In this document: positions 39,414 through 52,504 of the stretch, one piece after another
Layout: each line of letters starts with the position of its first letter
Position numbering within the stretch: position 1 is the first letter of the stretch
NCBI GenBank assembly: GCA_037379345.1
Contig: CM074517.1
Coordinates: forward strand, 30,442,001-30,506,000
Source: Perna viridis
Taxonomy: Eukaryota
Length of the DNA: 64,000 bases
Direction: 5' to 3'
The notes under the pieces: model-generated
Database searches by the model: none
What the model saw: only the letters and a program-made list of their open reading frames with translations
Told to the model about the DNA's origin: nothing
Translations under genes and position numbers: made by a program

Positions 39414-42400
39414 TTAAAAGTACTAATGATGAGCAACTTCCCTGGAATACCAAAGCGTTTTAAAATTTACTTGAAAACATTCTCATAAATAGGGTTCCAC
39501 ACTTATCTACTGCTGGAATTTTAGAATTTTTAAAAATCTTGAAATTGAATTTCCCTCTTTGAAAGCTTGTACAAAATGTTCGTTAATTTTGCGCCGTTGG
39601 GTATAGCGTAAGATTAAAACATAGGTCAAAGCTAATATTCAGCAGATAATTCTAAAAAGGGATATGATTAAGAATAATAACTTTCATTTACTCAATCTAT
39701 ATATATATATATTTTTTTTCAAAAATAGAAACTTTATAAAAATGATATACTGTAAAATGTTTATCTTACCTAAAGTCACTGGAATGCATGTATTGAGTAC
39801 TTTTGGGTTTTGTCTTACCATCAATTTGGATACAAAAGTATGTGTATCTTTATGGTATATTTATATTGAACAACAAAAGCAAAAATATTTACATGCTTCT
39901 TGTTTCATCATACATAGTTTAAGATTGGCAAAGAAAGATAGGCGTTTTCCAAAAAGAATTTTCTAGATCCGAGAGTGAACTGTTACATGAGGGAATGCCT
40001 ATAAAGAGGACGACGTATGACTAATATGATAGTGGTAATTAATGATTATTCATCTTGAGCTCAAACTTGTTCACAATATCAAAGGAATATGAAGTAAATA
40101 AAATAAAAGGGATGGAAAGCAATAAATTAATAATTTTGTTGACATACACTTATGTCGTAGGTGGAATAATAAGTGAAGGAATATAAAAAGCGCTAATCAG
40201 TTAGTGCGAAGATGTAAAAGTTAAACACATGTAGCTCACGTAAGGAATTACATTATTACGTACTTACATGATGTTCGCAAGTATGTTTAAGTAGGGACTA
40301 CAATTGCAGTTAAATATTGTATCTGGTCTTTAATACTATTTTCCTTTCCGTGACTAGGCGAATTAAAACAAAGTGACGAAAACATTATGATATTGTGATA
40401 AACAATTGAGTAACTAATCTGTTATATGTCTTTCAGTCGGTTAAACGGAAGAATTAAGCAATAATACTAATGAGAAAGATAATTTAAGATAGCATACCGA
40501 ATTATAACCATTAACATGCTTTAAATGGAATTTTCTTTTGTTTTTTTATCCCATCTAAAGTATAGGACAAAACATGCATCTAAGGTATGCTATTAACTGC
40601 TCTTGTTACCAGTAATACGAAATGTATAGGTAGTACTAAAATTTTCTGGCAGAGTGAAGGGTCAAAAGGCTGCAATGACAACAATTCATTTAGTGTAAAA
40701 TTTTGGCTGAATTAGTTTTTCATTAAATATGGTGATTTTTAACTTGTATCAATAGGGACATTATGAATATAACACCACTAAGAGTGCAAGACAGAGAAAT
40801 CTCAGACACCTAAGCGTATAACGGTAAGACTTCGAATTATCAAACAAGATATATATTGCTGCATATGGAAGAAAGATAAGCGCAGCTATTATGACTTTAA
40901 TATCATAAAATTCATCAAAATATGTATTTTAAATTGTCTTTATAAAGACTTCCGTTATTATATCATATTTTTAAGAATCACTATCCGTTTTTAATAAGTA
41001 TTGAAGAAAGCGGAAATCTGTATAGATACAGAAAATATGGCGAGGAGAGTGGCATAAAAGGTGTCTATTACAATGGCAACCAATGGTTAAAATGCATTTC
41101 TCTGTAGATGTCAAATATAACTGCAGTTTTTTCTATGATTTTCATTTTTGCTTGTTTGTAGTTTAAAATATGATTTAAAACTTTCAAATTGAAATATTTG
41201 TTTTAATTATTGTTTCCCAAGTAATTAAGTAATTGTCTTTGCAATGGTGTTATACTTATCGTGAGGCAAGGTTTAATAAATAGTTCACTGCAACAATATC
41301 GAATCAAAAAGTAATATTTTACTTTAACATTTGTAAACGTTTATCAAATAATTTTAAACATGTTTTAAAAAAGGAACATATAATATTTTATTATAATGAA
41401 CATGCAATAGTATTGCCTAAGCTGAAAAAAAATATATATAAAACGGTATACATAGACATACACTACACATGCAGGTCTAGAGTTATGTAGTTTACATTGC
41501 AGGCCGTTGTTACTGACAAAAAGCCAAAAACTAATACGGGAAAAATATTTAATGGCGTTAAACGCTTTTTTGTTTGGGAATATGCCATTAAAATCTTATG
41601 GCTGTCTGAAGCAAAGCATTTAGCTTCTCTTTTTATTACAGATTGAAAGATGAAAAATGACTTCAGTTTCCGCATTGTCAGTCAAATGTTCTTCTTAAGT
41701 ATGCACCAAATGCTTACAGGTATCATAAAATCACACGACTTAAGTACATTTTGAACCAACTGCAGGTATACGTCTTCAGTCTCAGTAAACAACCGCTTCT
41801 TGGAACAATTACAATTTGAATTTGGAAAAAAGTACAAACAATTTACAAACGCCTACCTCAGTATTGGTAGTTTGATAATCATATTAATATGGTAGTATAG
41901 ATTATGACTTTTTTTAAAAAGTCGCACTTCGACTTATGCAATAGAACATGAAAATGTACTATATTGGACGATCAGATTTAACAAATTTAAGTATATACAA
42001 CTTACCAGTAAAGTGATAGTTTGGTTATTAAGGTGACGTGATGGCCAAGTATTCGTTAAAAAGAATTTTATTGGCAATACCATAAATTTATACCACTTTT
42101 TTTTCTAAAGACCAACAAATTCATCTTATTATCTTAATTTTGATGACAAAAATACAAACCAGAAAAATGAACCACATACCGAACTACATCATATCATAAA
42201 ACTTTAAACAAGTGAATTTGATGAAAACATTCAATTAACAAGCTTTACATCTGAAATAAAAAAAAACTTTTTTAAAATTAAGATTTTCAAATAATAGAAA
42301 AAGATTTAAATAGAAGACAGGAATGCAATATTATATGCGTAGATCATATAACATCTCCCATGGGACACCTCTGAAATTAGGTTGGACTTTGACGGATAAA

Positions 42401-44841
42401 TCTTCACTATCATTTTTCATTCGACACAGACTGTTGTCATTTTAACGTGTCTAATTCTTTGATGTTACCTTTCAAAATACTTTATCGATATGTACAGTTA
42501 TAAATACGTTTGTATAAGTAATTAATGAATGAAAATACTACGTCTTTTCCACACGGATACTGTGTCTAGGCTAAAAATAGAAGTAGTTATGACGGTTTTC
42601 ATCAAAGGGTTGATCTTATGAGCGAAGATGCCTAGGTTTTGTAATGACAATTATAGTATTTTATGGAGACAACACCCCTCCACAAGTTTTATTGAAATCA
42701 TCGAAATTTGTCATCATTCTTAAAACAACACTTTTGATAAGTACGTTCAATAAAAACATAACAATGTGACGTTTGTTCCTTTTCTCGAAAATTGAATAGG
42801 AACTACACATTAAGTCATCTTTAATCACGTGACCTGATATTAACATGATGAAACCTCAGCCAAACCTTCTAACTGACAAATCCTTACTAAGCAATGTTTT
42901 GTCACGTTTTACTCTATTAAACTGGTATAAGGACAAAATGGGTCAGAGCAGTAAAAACTTTGATGTTACATCATTAGTTTTAGATAGGTTGTGAACCTAT
43001 TTCATCAATTTATATCAATGAAATTCACTGTTACGGCTTAAGTATAGAAAATCTTGAATTCTTTAGATCAATTTGATTCCGTCTGTGATAAAAAAAGACA
43101 GAATATCGAACAATTCTTCCTATTAGGTATGGAATAAAAGCAATTCAATAGTTTGGCAGACGGACGGACACCAAAACATCAACATTTTCTACTTCACGTA
43201 TTTTTTGCAATGTATGGTATATAATGCCCCTGAAATATGTACAATATGAACTTTTGTTGTGTTTGTTTCTGTCCGTCTAAAGACACGACGAAAACAATAT
43301 TAAAGTGTTAATACGTTTTTTCTGAGAAATGAAAAATACATACAAAAACAATAGTTATATTCACAGTATTTATTGAAGTATCATGATATATTATTTTTGT
43401 AATTGTTGTGGTTAGTTATACGACAACCTAAATACCATGAACGTATTTACTATGAAACACAAAAGATAAAATCACAAATAAGTTTTGGGAAATACCACAT
43501 AACTAGAAACATACCGAACAAGCACTTCCCGAATAATAAACCAGGTTTTATCATGTTTCCTCTATGATAAACCCAGTGAAGTGACAAAGTCGGGAATTTC
43601 TTACATATTACATTGAAATGATTAATTTATGAATCACGGATAGTATCAAGACGAAATGTTCACACTATATCTCGAAAAACATTAAATATATACCCACAAA
43701 GTTTGACTAAATTAATCAGCTCTTATACCAGCACGTCAACTGGAAAGGGAACTCAGTTTTATTAGAGTCATATTTGGTTTTGATCAAAGGCTTTAATTCC
43801 TTTGAGAATTTGACAAAAACTTATCAATATTTAGATAAAGACCCAAAGTGTAAATCTGCACACATAATAAAATACACAAAGGGCTATTGGTTGTCAATGA
43901 ATGGTTTAAGATATCAAACCTTTTGAATTTTAATTAAATAAGATGGTCTGGAACAAATATTTAACAGAAATTGTTTGAATCTGATTAGGACGTTACATTG
44001 TTATCCTTGTGTTCTGATGTGTTTGTATAGCTATAGAAGGAAGGGTTGTTGGAAGTAATATCAATTAGCTAGTGATATGAACGCAAACGAGATTTATTGC
44101 TAACTTAAAATTTCTAACCTGTAAAGCAAATAAATTGAAAAATCACGGCTATTGCTTTCAAATGCACAACGGTTGTAAAATGGTATATGATACTGTTGAT
44201 TAAATGGGATGATGTTACCTTAGATAAATACAATAGTATTAACAAGACCTCTTTGTCATTCGACTCTAGTTTCACACCTGGATCTCTTGTTTTGGACCAC
44301 GGTATAAATTTAGGAGCAGTCCCGTAAATATCAAATACCAAAGATCAAACGCCTTATTATCCTGACTATCAGATCATATCAAGTCCTCTGCCGTTGTTTT
44401 ATAACAACCTTGAGGAGACTGATAACCATCACATCTTTATATGTCCTTTTATACAGGTGCTTTATTTGTTTGTAACATAAACTGAGTGTAAAGGCTAACT
44501 TTTTCTGAAACCAAGTAAATTCAGAAAGAAATACAATATTTTAATTGTTGTTTCGGTATTCCATCTTACTATATCGGTATTTTATCATCACAAAAAATAA
44601 AAATATAAAAACTAGGAAAAGATCCATTTATGTTATCCCATTTACAATTTCCCACATTTTATTTGCCTAGGTCAATTTATAGTAATGTTTTTTTTATCTT
44701 GCTTTTGGTGCTTTGTTTGTCTTTTTGTTTGTTTGTTTTTTTCCTTTATTTTAGTCTTTTTTTTTAAAATAAATTTTGATATTAAAAACACGTGAATATC
44801 ATTTCATTTTCAAAACTGTAGAAACTATTGTATATTGTATA

Positions 44842-44934
44842 TTGTTGTGTATGTCGGTTTTCCATGTCTGGTCTTTGTCCCTGGATTATATTCGTTTGAT
44901 TACCGCTATAACATTGGTTCCCTTGATTACTCTT
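44842..44934 (+). mobile_element. PLE family 1 short 3' fragment
   Basis: Terminal ~90 bp of the family. Confidence 0.82.
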
Positions 44935-46326
44935 TCAACGACAAAATTACATGTAGATATTCATGATTCAGTAAAAGTATTACTTTTTTGAAGTTACAAT
45001 ATACGCTGATGCATTTGTTGCCTTTCACCATATCAACTCTTTTTCAATAACGTTCACTAGTATCTTATCTTCAAATACATTTCCAGTCGTCTCCGTAGGG
45101 AGTTTGGAGATATTACAAACTATTAACACCTTTTTAACAAACACATGTGTGTTAAACATATGCCTGTATATGTAACTTCAACAAGTATAGTCAATTGGGA
45201 AGAATTTTAATAAAATGATATGAAAAACCATGAAATTTTCATCCGCAAGAATTACTTATATCTCAATCATACATAGCTGAATAAACTTAAATATACTGTT
45301 ACAAAAATGAAAAAAAAAAAAAAACAAACAAACAAACAAACAAACAAACAAAAATATTTATTTCTTTTAACCAATCAAAATGACAAGATAATTACTCATC
45401 AGGTCAGCAATAATTTAAAGGACATTATTCCTTTGTAAAAATTATGTCAGAGATAATTTTCTAAATTTAATTATCTTTAAATGGTATTTTGTATTTGTTC
45501 ACCGGAAGCCAATGGACTGTAGCAATGTCAGCTGATCTTCAACCATATCACATGACAGTCATGTTATAAAGTAAACGGTGTCAATAGATAAGGTTTATCT
45601 GATTACCAGTTTCAAAGATGTAATTACAGCAATCGTAAACATACAAAGTGGATCTTAAAGGTAGCTTAAATACCCGTTTGACGGATGAGTATTGTAGGAA
45701 TTTATGCTTTACGTAATCTTATCAATGGAAGTTTAACTTCTTTATGACATATTTTATTTAAATCTGTTAGTAATTGAATACGAAGAGTAAGAAGTTAGTC
45801 ACATCCAACATTTAAACAATTTGAATAGAATTTATGTAAAGTTTTACGTTTCATTTTAAGTGTTTTTTATAAAGGGTCGCCTAGGTATATACAAATATTC
45901 ATTGCTAAACAAAAGTATTTACAATGTCAAAATGACCATACTGATTCACGTGTTTACTTCTTGGGCGATGCCATTGAGGCTATGACAGACTGTTCGTGTT
46001 GTTGACCGTTTTAAACACGAGTGTCCGCTTAAATGGTGGTTATGGGTTAAAATTGATTCCCTAAGACCTGCACATCATTACATTCAAAGTGAACAATCTT
46101 GTCAATTTACGGTTGAAATTTGCCCATGAGTAGCATCAAATCTTACATATGTAGATTGTCTTTCAATCATCTCAAATGTAAATATCGGGAAAAAATACAT
46201 AGTAACATCAGAATCGCCCCTGAATGGTAAGCGACACCTGTCATATTCCATGAAATGCAGTCGGTGTTTATTTTTGTAGTTGTCGAACCGGTAGTCCAAA
46301 GTGAGTTAGGTTTAACAGGTTTAAAC

Positions 46327-47308
46327 ACTTGCTTCTCCCGTAGTGGTATTAATTCAATGTGGAACCTGACAAATTCGAAAGGTCTATAGGAGACACTCAA
46401 TTCAAGATTTGTTTTCAGAATACAATAGCATTGAAAGCTATGATTTTCAATCTTATTCTTCCATTCCCATACTCAGTTATAATTCCGACTCAAAAACATT
46501 ATTCATCGTTGTTACTCCAAAAAAAAAGGACTGTACACCTAGGCACATATATGTAGTACTCTGTAGAGATTCTTCATACTTTATAAAAAAAAAATTCTAA
46601 TTCATCTTCCAAATACATGTATACCGAAGAAGATTTTTTTTCAAAATGCTAGAATTTTTAATCGATAACATGTTTGTCCAGTGTCGTGGAGGATCTTTAT
46701 TGACCTACATTTAGAGTTCGATGGTGAAGGAAAATTATTGACCAAACTATACAACAAACGCGATGACTTTGTATTCCATATTCTCAACTTTCCTTTCGTC
46801 TGTGGCACATCCCTTCAACTCCTGCGTATGGAGTTTTCATATCACAACTCATACGTTATTCCAGAGCTTGCTGTAACTACGCAGACTTACAATAAGGCTT
46901 CTGGAACAGGATGATATTAAAATTGAAGTCACCAGTACTGAAGTTTTATGGTCGTCATCATGAACTCGTGGATCGTTACGGTATATTCATCTGCATCATA
47001 TGAACTGATATGTTCAACGCGTAGTTTTTCTTATCTCTTTCGTATACCCCGGTCGTGACTTTCTATGAGCCACTCGGTGGGTGTTTTTTTAGAACAGCAG
47101 AGGACGCTTACCCTACCGGTGCACCTTGTCTATACGTCCAGTTTTTAGTGGATTCCGAGTTGCTCATTTTTTTTTTTGCTTTGTATGTATTATTTTAGTA
47201 GTTATTTTATGTTCTTTGTTGTGTCTGTATGTTTTCCATGTCTGATCTTTGTCCCCGGATTACCGTCATTTGATTTCCACTAGCATTTTGCTTCCCTTGA
47301 TTACTTTT
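46327..47308 (+). mobile_element. Penelope-like retroelement (Naiad-like), longest decayed copy with RT remnants and 3' UTR
   Basis: Frameshifted RT blocks: TCFSRSGINSMWNLTNSK, motif-A-like NSIESYDFQSYSSIP, YVVLCRDSSYFIKK, KMLEFLIDNMFV, IDLHLEFDGEGKLLTKLYNKRDDF..LNFPF, AYGVFISQLIRYSRAC, KFYGRHHELVDRYG. These are followed by the shared 3' UTR. Confidence 0.88.
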
Positions 47309-49094
47309 TCACAAGTGAATTGAATACTGGATTCTAGATTTGTCAATATACTCGGCGAATACTCATTAATTCCCGGTGTAATGATACAGGGGGGACCTTG
47401 CCAAAATTGAATTTCGTATACTATTACAATTTTTCGTGCTTTGATTCAAGTAAGAAGTTACTCTACTGCACTTAAGATTGCTTATCCATTTATGATAATG
47501 GAGAGTACACCTCTATCACTGTACTTGCAGTCGGTTATCTGATTTAACAGTGTAACTGAGGAAGGAGGTTTTCTAGTAAAATCAGTTCTACGAAAAAAGA
47601 AATTATGAAAAAGTTACTTAACATATATTTTTGTAATTTAAAGAAAAATTGTCTTCTTCTTGTCGGAACTTACATCGCTTTTATCAATCTAGTATGACAT
47701 CATTATTTAGCATGATTTCAATGAAAACAAGACACCTATTATGCGTTATTTTTGCTGGTCTTTATAAATAATTATTTATTGATTTATGTTTATTAAAGGA
47801 ATCATGATATTTTCAAGTTCAAATATTGAGTGGTACTATCATTTACAAAATATTCATTATGCCCTATATTTCCAATCAGTATCATATCAACTTAATGTAC
47901 ACATTAAGGCAGCATATTTTTTTTAATTTTAACTATTGATCTATGAAAATCATTTTTTAATTAAAAAAGTAATCTTATTGTATAGACAGAAAAGATAGAA
48001 ATTTCTACCCCCTTCATCCACTTCCTCATACAAAACCTCTATTAATCTCATTCCATAATCACCATAAAGTTTTAGGTTCACTCCTAACCAGGACGATGAA
48101 TTTTACCCCGTTTGGATAACGCAAATGCAGTCAATGATATCACGTTATCAGATAAGTCATTATATGTTTCAACTTATGTACTTTTATATTATGGTACTAA
48201 ACAGCAAATACAGTGACCATATTTTCAGTATGTAATTTTGCAGAGGCTATTATAACTTTTATATAAACTGCGTGAATTCAAGTATGATTTTTGCTGTTAA
48301 AATAAATGCAATAACATAATGTTCAATAAATGTTCCGTAATATAACAAAATCAATGGACTTTAACAGACTAAAGCGAAATAACTCAAAATTATTCTGTTT
48401 ACAATATGATCAATACTCCATATACTTCATATATTACAAAAGTATAAATCTTCCCCATTTATGGTATATCAATAACCAATGGTGTAAAATATGTATACTA
48501 CAAATAAAAAAGACGAAGAGATATCAATAACCAGAGAAATACGGGCAAACAGGTTAAATATAAAAAAAAACAAAGACCCAATACGTTAAAAATATATGTA
48601 GCCTCAATATGGAAATGATTAGGGTTCAAAATGGAAGAGCCTATATCATAACTCAATTCTATTGAATTTCTGAATGAGCAATCAAGAACAAAAATAGGAA
48701 TATGTTTGATAGCTGCAATGTATCTATTAATTTAAAATATCAATGTAAAAAACGTAAACGATAAAAATTAAAGATAAAATTAGCAAAGGAAAGGTTAGTT
48801 TAATTAAAGCCGCATTTTCAATCATAACTTTGTTTAAACTAAATTATAGCTTTGAAATTTTAAATATTTGGTTTTTTTATTACCACTAATAACCACTAAT
48901 AACCTTTAAGATCCATTTCTTTACCTGACATTGCTGAATAAAAAGAAGGACTTTTGTTGGAAAATTGTCCTCGCTAGTGTACCATATCCTTTAACAAATA
49001 TATAATTTATTACAATAGTTGCTAAACCAAGGTCCTCTCACTCCTCTTGTGTCTTAATGGATGTGTTCCAATAACAGTCTCAGATGCAATTTAA

Positions 49095-49481
49095 GTGTAA
49101 GTATTTATAAGAATCAGGCAAAATGGAGAAAAATCAGAAATAGGCATGCCAAAACCCCACCGATCTGATAATGCAATATCACTCAAGAATACTTTCTTCT
49201 TTATTTGAAAATAACACTATTTAATCTTTGCACCGTTGGCTTTGCTCAGAAATTTTTCATAGAATGCGGAAACATGAGCTTTTTGACACAGTTACCTGCC
49301 CTTAAGATGTTAATTTTCAGTGCATTGTAATGAAATTGTAACTGAATTGTCCAGCACATGAGGAAAATCTTGTCAGTTTTACTTGATTCTAATGGTGCAA
49401 GTAGTCAAATTACACTATCAAATAATGAGTTTTTTCCATACCATATTTAACCCACTGCCTGATTCTTACAGAGACAGACAT
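49095..49481 (+). mobile_element. MITE type D copy 2 (most complete)
   Basis: TTAA flanks and imperfect TIRs with the TAAGAATCAGGCA core. Confidence 0.85.
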
Positions 49482-49727
49482 TTAATTTCATTACTGTCAA
49501 AATAAGAGGTTTGATATGGTTGTGTAGATACATTGGATAATTATGACGGTGTTGCTTGCTATACTGTGGGAGTTAAATTACTTTTTAATTTGAAAGTGAA
49601 ACTCACGCAATTTCATTGAGAAGTGAAGATAACAGTTTACGCTCCATTTGGTATGTACTTACAATATAAGTTGCATTTCTGTACTCATAAGAGGCTGTAC
49701 CTTATTTAAAAGTAAAACTTTAATTAA

Positions 49728-49937
49728 GGAGGTAGACCTAGGGTAAGGGACACGACTCTTACAAATCATTGGAACGTTTGTATTCAGCATTTACATCAAT
49801 CTCATGCAAGCATCAAATTGACTTGGACTGATTTCATTCTGTTTCAAATGAAAGCTTGATAGGCTTTGCTGCAAATGAATATGATACAAACATATCACTG
49901 ATTTCATGAGTTATGTCACTTAACGAGGTCTACCTCC
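49728..49937 (+). mobile_element. MITE family A copy 5
   Basis: Same TIRs and interior, TTAA flanks. Confidence 0.9.
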
Positions 49938-52217
49938 TTAAGTAGTGATAAAACATTACTTTTATGCAAAAGTAGCTGAATAATGTACCTCTTGTAAGCC
50001 TTATTTGTTTTATTAAAAAAGGTTATTTAACCTTTTTGAATGCTTATCCAACTTTAAAGTAAAATTTTTTACCATGCAATCAATAATAAAGAAACATCCC
50101 AAACAGGTTTAGGTAGCTTCCTTGAAAATTTATTGTCTTGGTCAATTCTTTTTTGTGCATCTTAAAATTGATTATAATTTAATTTTTTTTTTATATTGAA
50201 TCGACGACTAATTACACAAGACGATTTTCAATTAGAATATTGAAAGTTAAAATGGAATATTTTCAGTATGCTGAAGCATAAAAGCCTTTAACACATCTTT
50301 CAGATTTTAGGCTTTTGAGCACCACATTTTTCTCAACATGGATTATACGAAGAGGTTTATTTTTCAAAAAACTCTCGAGAAATTAAGCATTGTATCCTTA
50401 AAACTCAATTCGATGACCAACTAGATTATCCTATTTCTGACTATTATATTAACCATAAAAATCATTGTTCAACATTATGAAATACCGAAAAGAATAAAAA
50501 AAGATTAGGCATTACATTCGCAACATATATAGGGCAGAAGGTTGTATTTTAATATGTATTCTTTGCAAAAAAAAAATCGACCTTTACCAGTATGTCTCCG
50601 AAAAATGAAACCTTTGTGCAAGAACTGTCGTGCGTATCTAATAATAGAATCCAATCTTAATTTAACTCTCTGGGACGTTTTATAATCTTTTGAACGCACT
50701 AGCTTTTCAACCGCACTCATACATTTTGTTATAGGTAAGTTTAAGCTCATGTTTCATGCAGTATCATATAACAATAAATGTGTTTAGTGCATCAAAATTG
50801 TTAATTTGATGATTGCAACTCTACCTTTTGCCAGAGTGTAAACAATACATATATCACATTTTTGTTATAAGTTCAGTCTTATAAGGAAATAGAAACTATA
50901 GATATTTGATTGGTTGATATATAGGGTGAGTTGAATAATTGAATAATTGTTTGTCTTTAATTTTATTTTTTATCAAATTTAATTATGAATAACAAAAAGC
51001 AGAACGAAGTACAGTTTGAATTGGTTCGAAAAGTTGTACATTTTTGAAAATCGGTACAATTTCTGTAAACTGTAAGACTTTCGGTGAATTAAATATTCAA
51101 ACGTACACAGAATTTAAAATGGCGAAATCAAATCAAACTAAAAAACGCACTTACCTTCTTTTGAAGAGTCAATCCCTTATAATAGGCACACATAGTTGTT
51201 GTGACAGGGTATCTACCTTTACTACGATATGTACAGTAAAGAAGGTAGCGTAAGGATTACACCAATCACGCTATTGTTTACATAGGACGGAAATATAAGA
51301 TGCCCTCTATCAGAACACCAGGGATGTCAAAAAATCTCTTTTTGATCTTTTCTGGTACGTTCAAGAGATACGAAGGTATAGTAGAGTAATCTTTGACTTA
51401 CCGCTATGTTTTGGATTACTTGTATCTCTAGTAGGTCATTTCTGAAAGACAAAATGATAAATTTACGCTTTCTTTATAAATCGCAATACTATAAAAAATT
51501 AGTGTTAGTAAAGATGTTGATTTGTGCCTTTACTGTGATATCATGTCATAAGGTGTTATAAACTAATTTGACATTCTATATTTTGATATGATAATTTGTA
51601 AGCATGTGAAATTATCGTTCTTTTTGTTTAAGTGTTCATGAGAGAGTGTGTTTGTACCTGTGCTTATTTTCCCATTCAACAAGTTTGTTCCATGTTTATC
51701 TGCTACTTACATTTCGTATTGGACAGTTTGATGCTTTGTGTTCCTACTTTTTTTAATCAAATACGCGTAGTTATTTTTTTTAACCTTTTTCAAATTATTT
51801 GTAATATTATATATGATCCCCTGGCAAAGACGTTTTGATTCTTTCCAATTGATTTAAGAAATTAAAAAGATTTTTACTGACTACATATCAATGTCTACTT
51901 ACTATCCAACTATGCCTTAATTTTGAGAAGGGCAAATAATTGGTCGAATTTCGGTTAATTTAAGTTGACATATGTTTTCACAACATTTTTTATTGATAAC
52001 GACTTTGTCTTAACATAAAAAGATTAAAAATCCACAACTATTAGGTCAACTTAATATGACTCATGTACAACACCTTACTAGACTGCATATAACAAAGAAC
52101 GCTTTACAGAAAATATGCCACCACTTAACACTTAGAGTAGCAACGATTTTACATTGTATCATATATTCAGATTAAAATATAACTTTTTTGTATATGCATT
52201 ATAAGTGTTTATTTCAA

Positions 52218-52313
52218 CTCTATATCGCATACCCTATATCACATCTCTAGGCCTATATCACATACCCAATATCACACCCCTAGATCTATATCGCATACCC
52301 TATATCGCATCCC
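52218..52313 (+). repeat. Minisatellite, ~14-19 bp unit around CTATATCRCATACC
   Basis: Six tandem TATATC(G/A)CA-type units. Confidence 0.85.
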
Positions 52314-52344
52314 TTCACAGAACATACTTGGAGTATGGTTAAAA

Positions 52345-52504
52345 TATATGAAATAATAAATATGACATGTTACAATCTGTATCACATGCTGTATCAACAT
52401 TCGATCTACATCACCCCGCGGGCCGGTGATCCTTGGGGTGATGTAGGAGTCTCGGGTTGATACAGCATGCGATACAGATTTTGACATGTAATATTATGCA
52501 TATA
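52345..52504. mobile_element. ~160 bp palindromic (foldback) element
   Basis: Arms ACATGTTACAATCTGTATCACATGCTGTATCAAC..CTACATCACCCC and GGGGTGATGTAG..GTTGATACAGCATGCGATACAGATTTTGACATGT surround a GC-rich loop. Confidence 0.75.

Noticed and set aside
46130-46320. Inverted pseudo-LTR at the 5' junction of the long PLE copy
   Set aside because: Only faint similarity on the minus strand (CAGGTG..GCTTACCATTCAGGGGC); too weak to call by eye.
52218-52313. CRISPR-like array
   Set aside because: Eukaryotic context, short degenerate units and no unique spacers.
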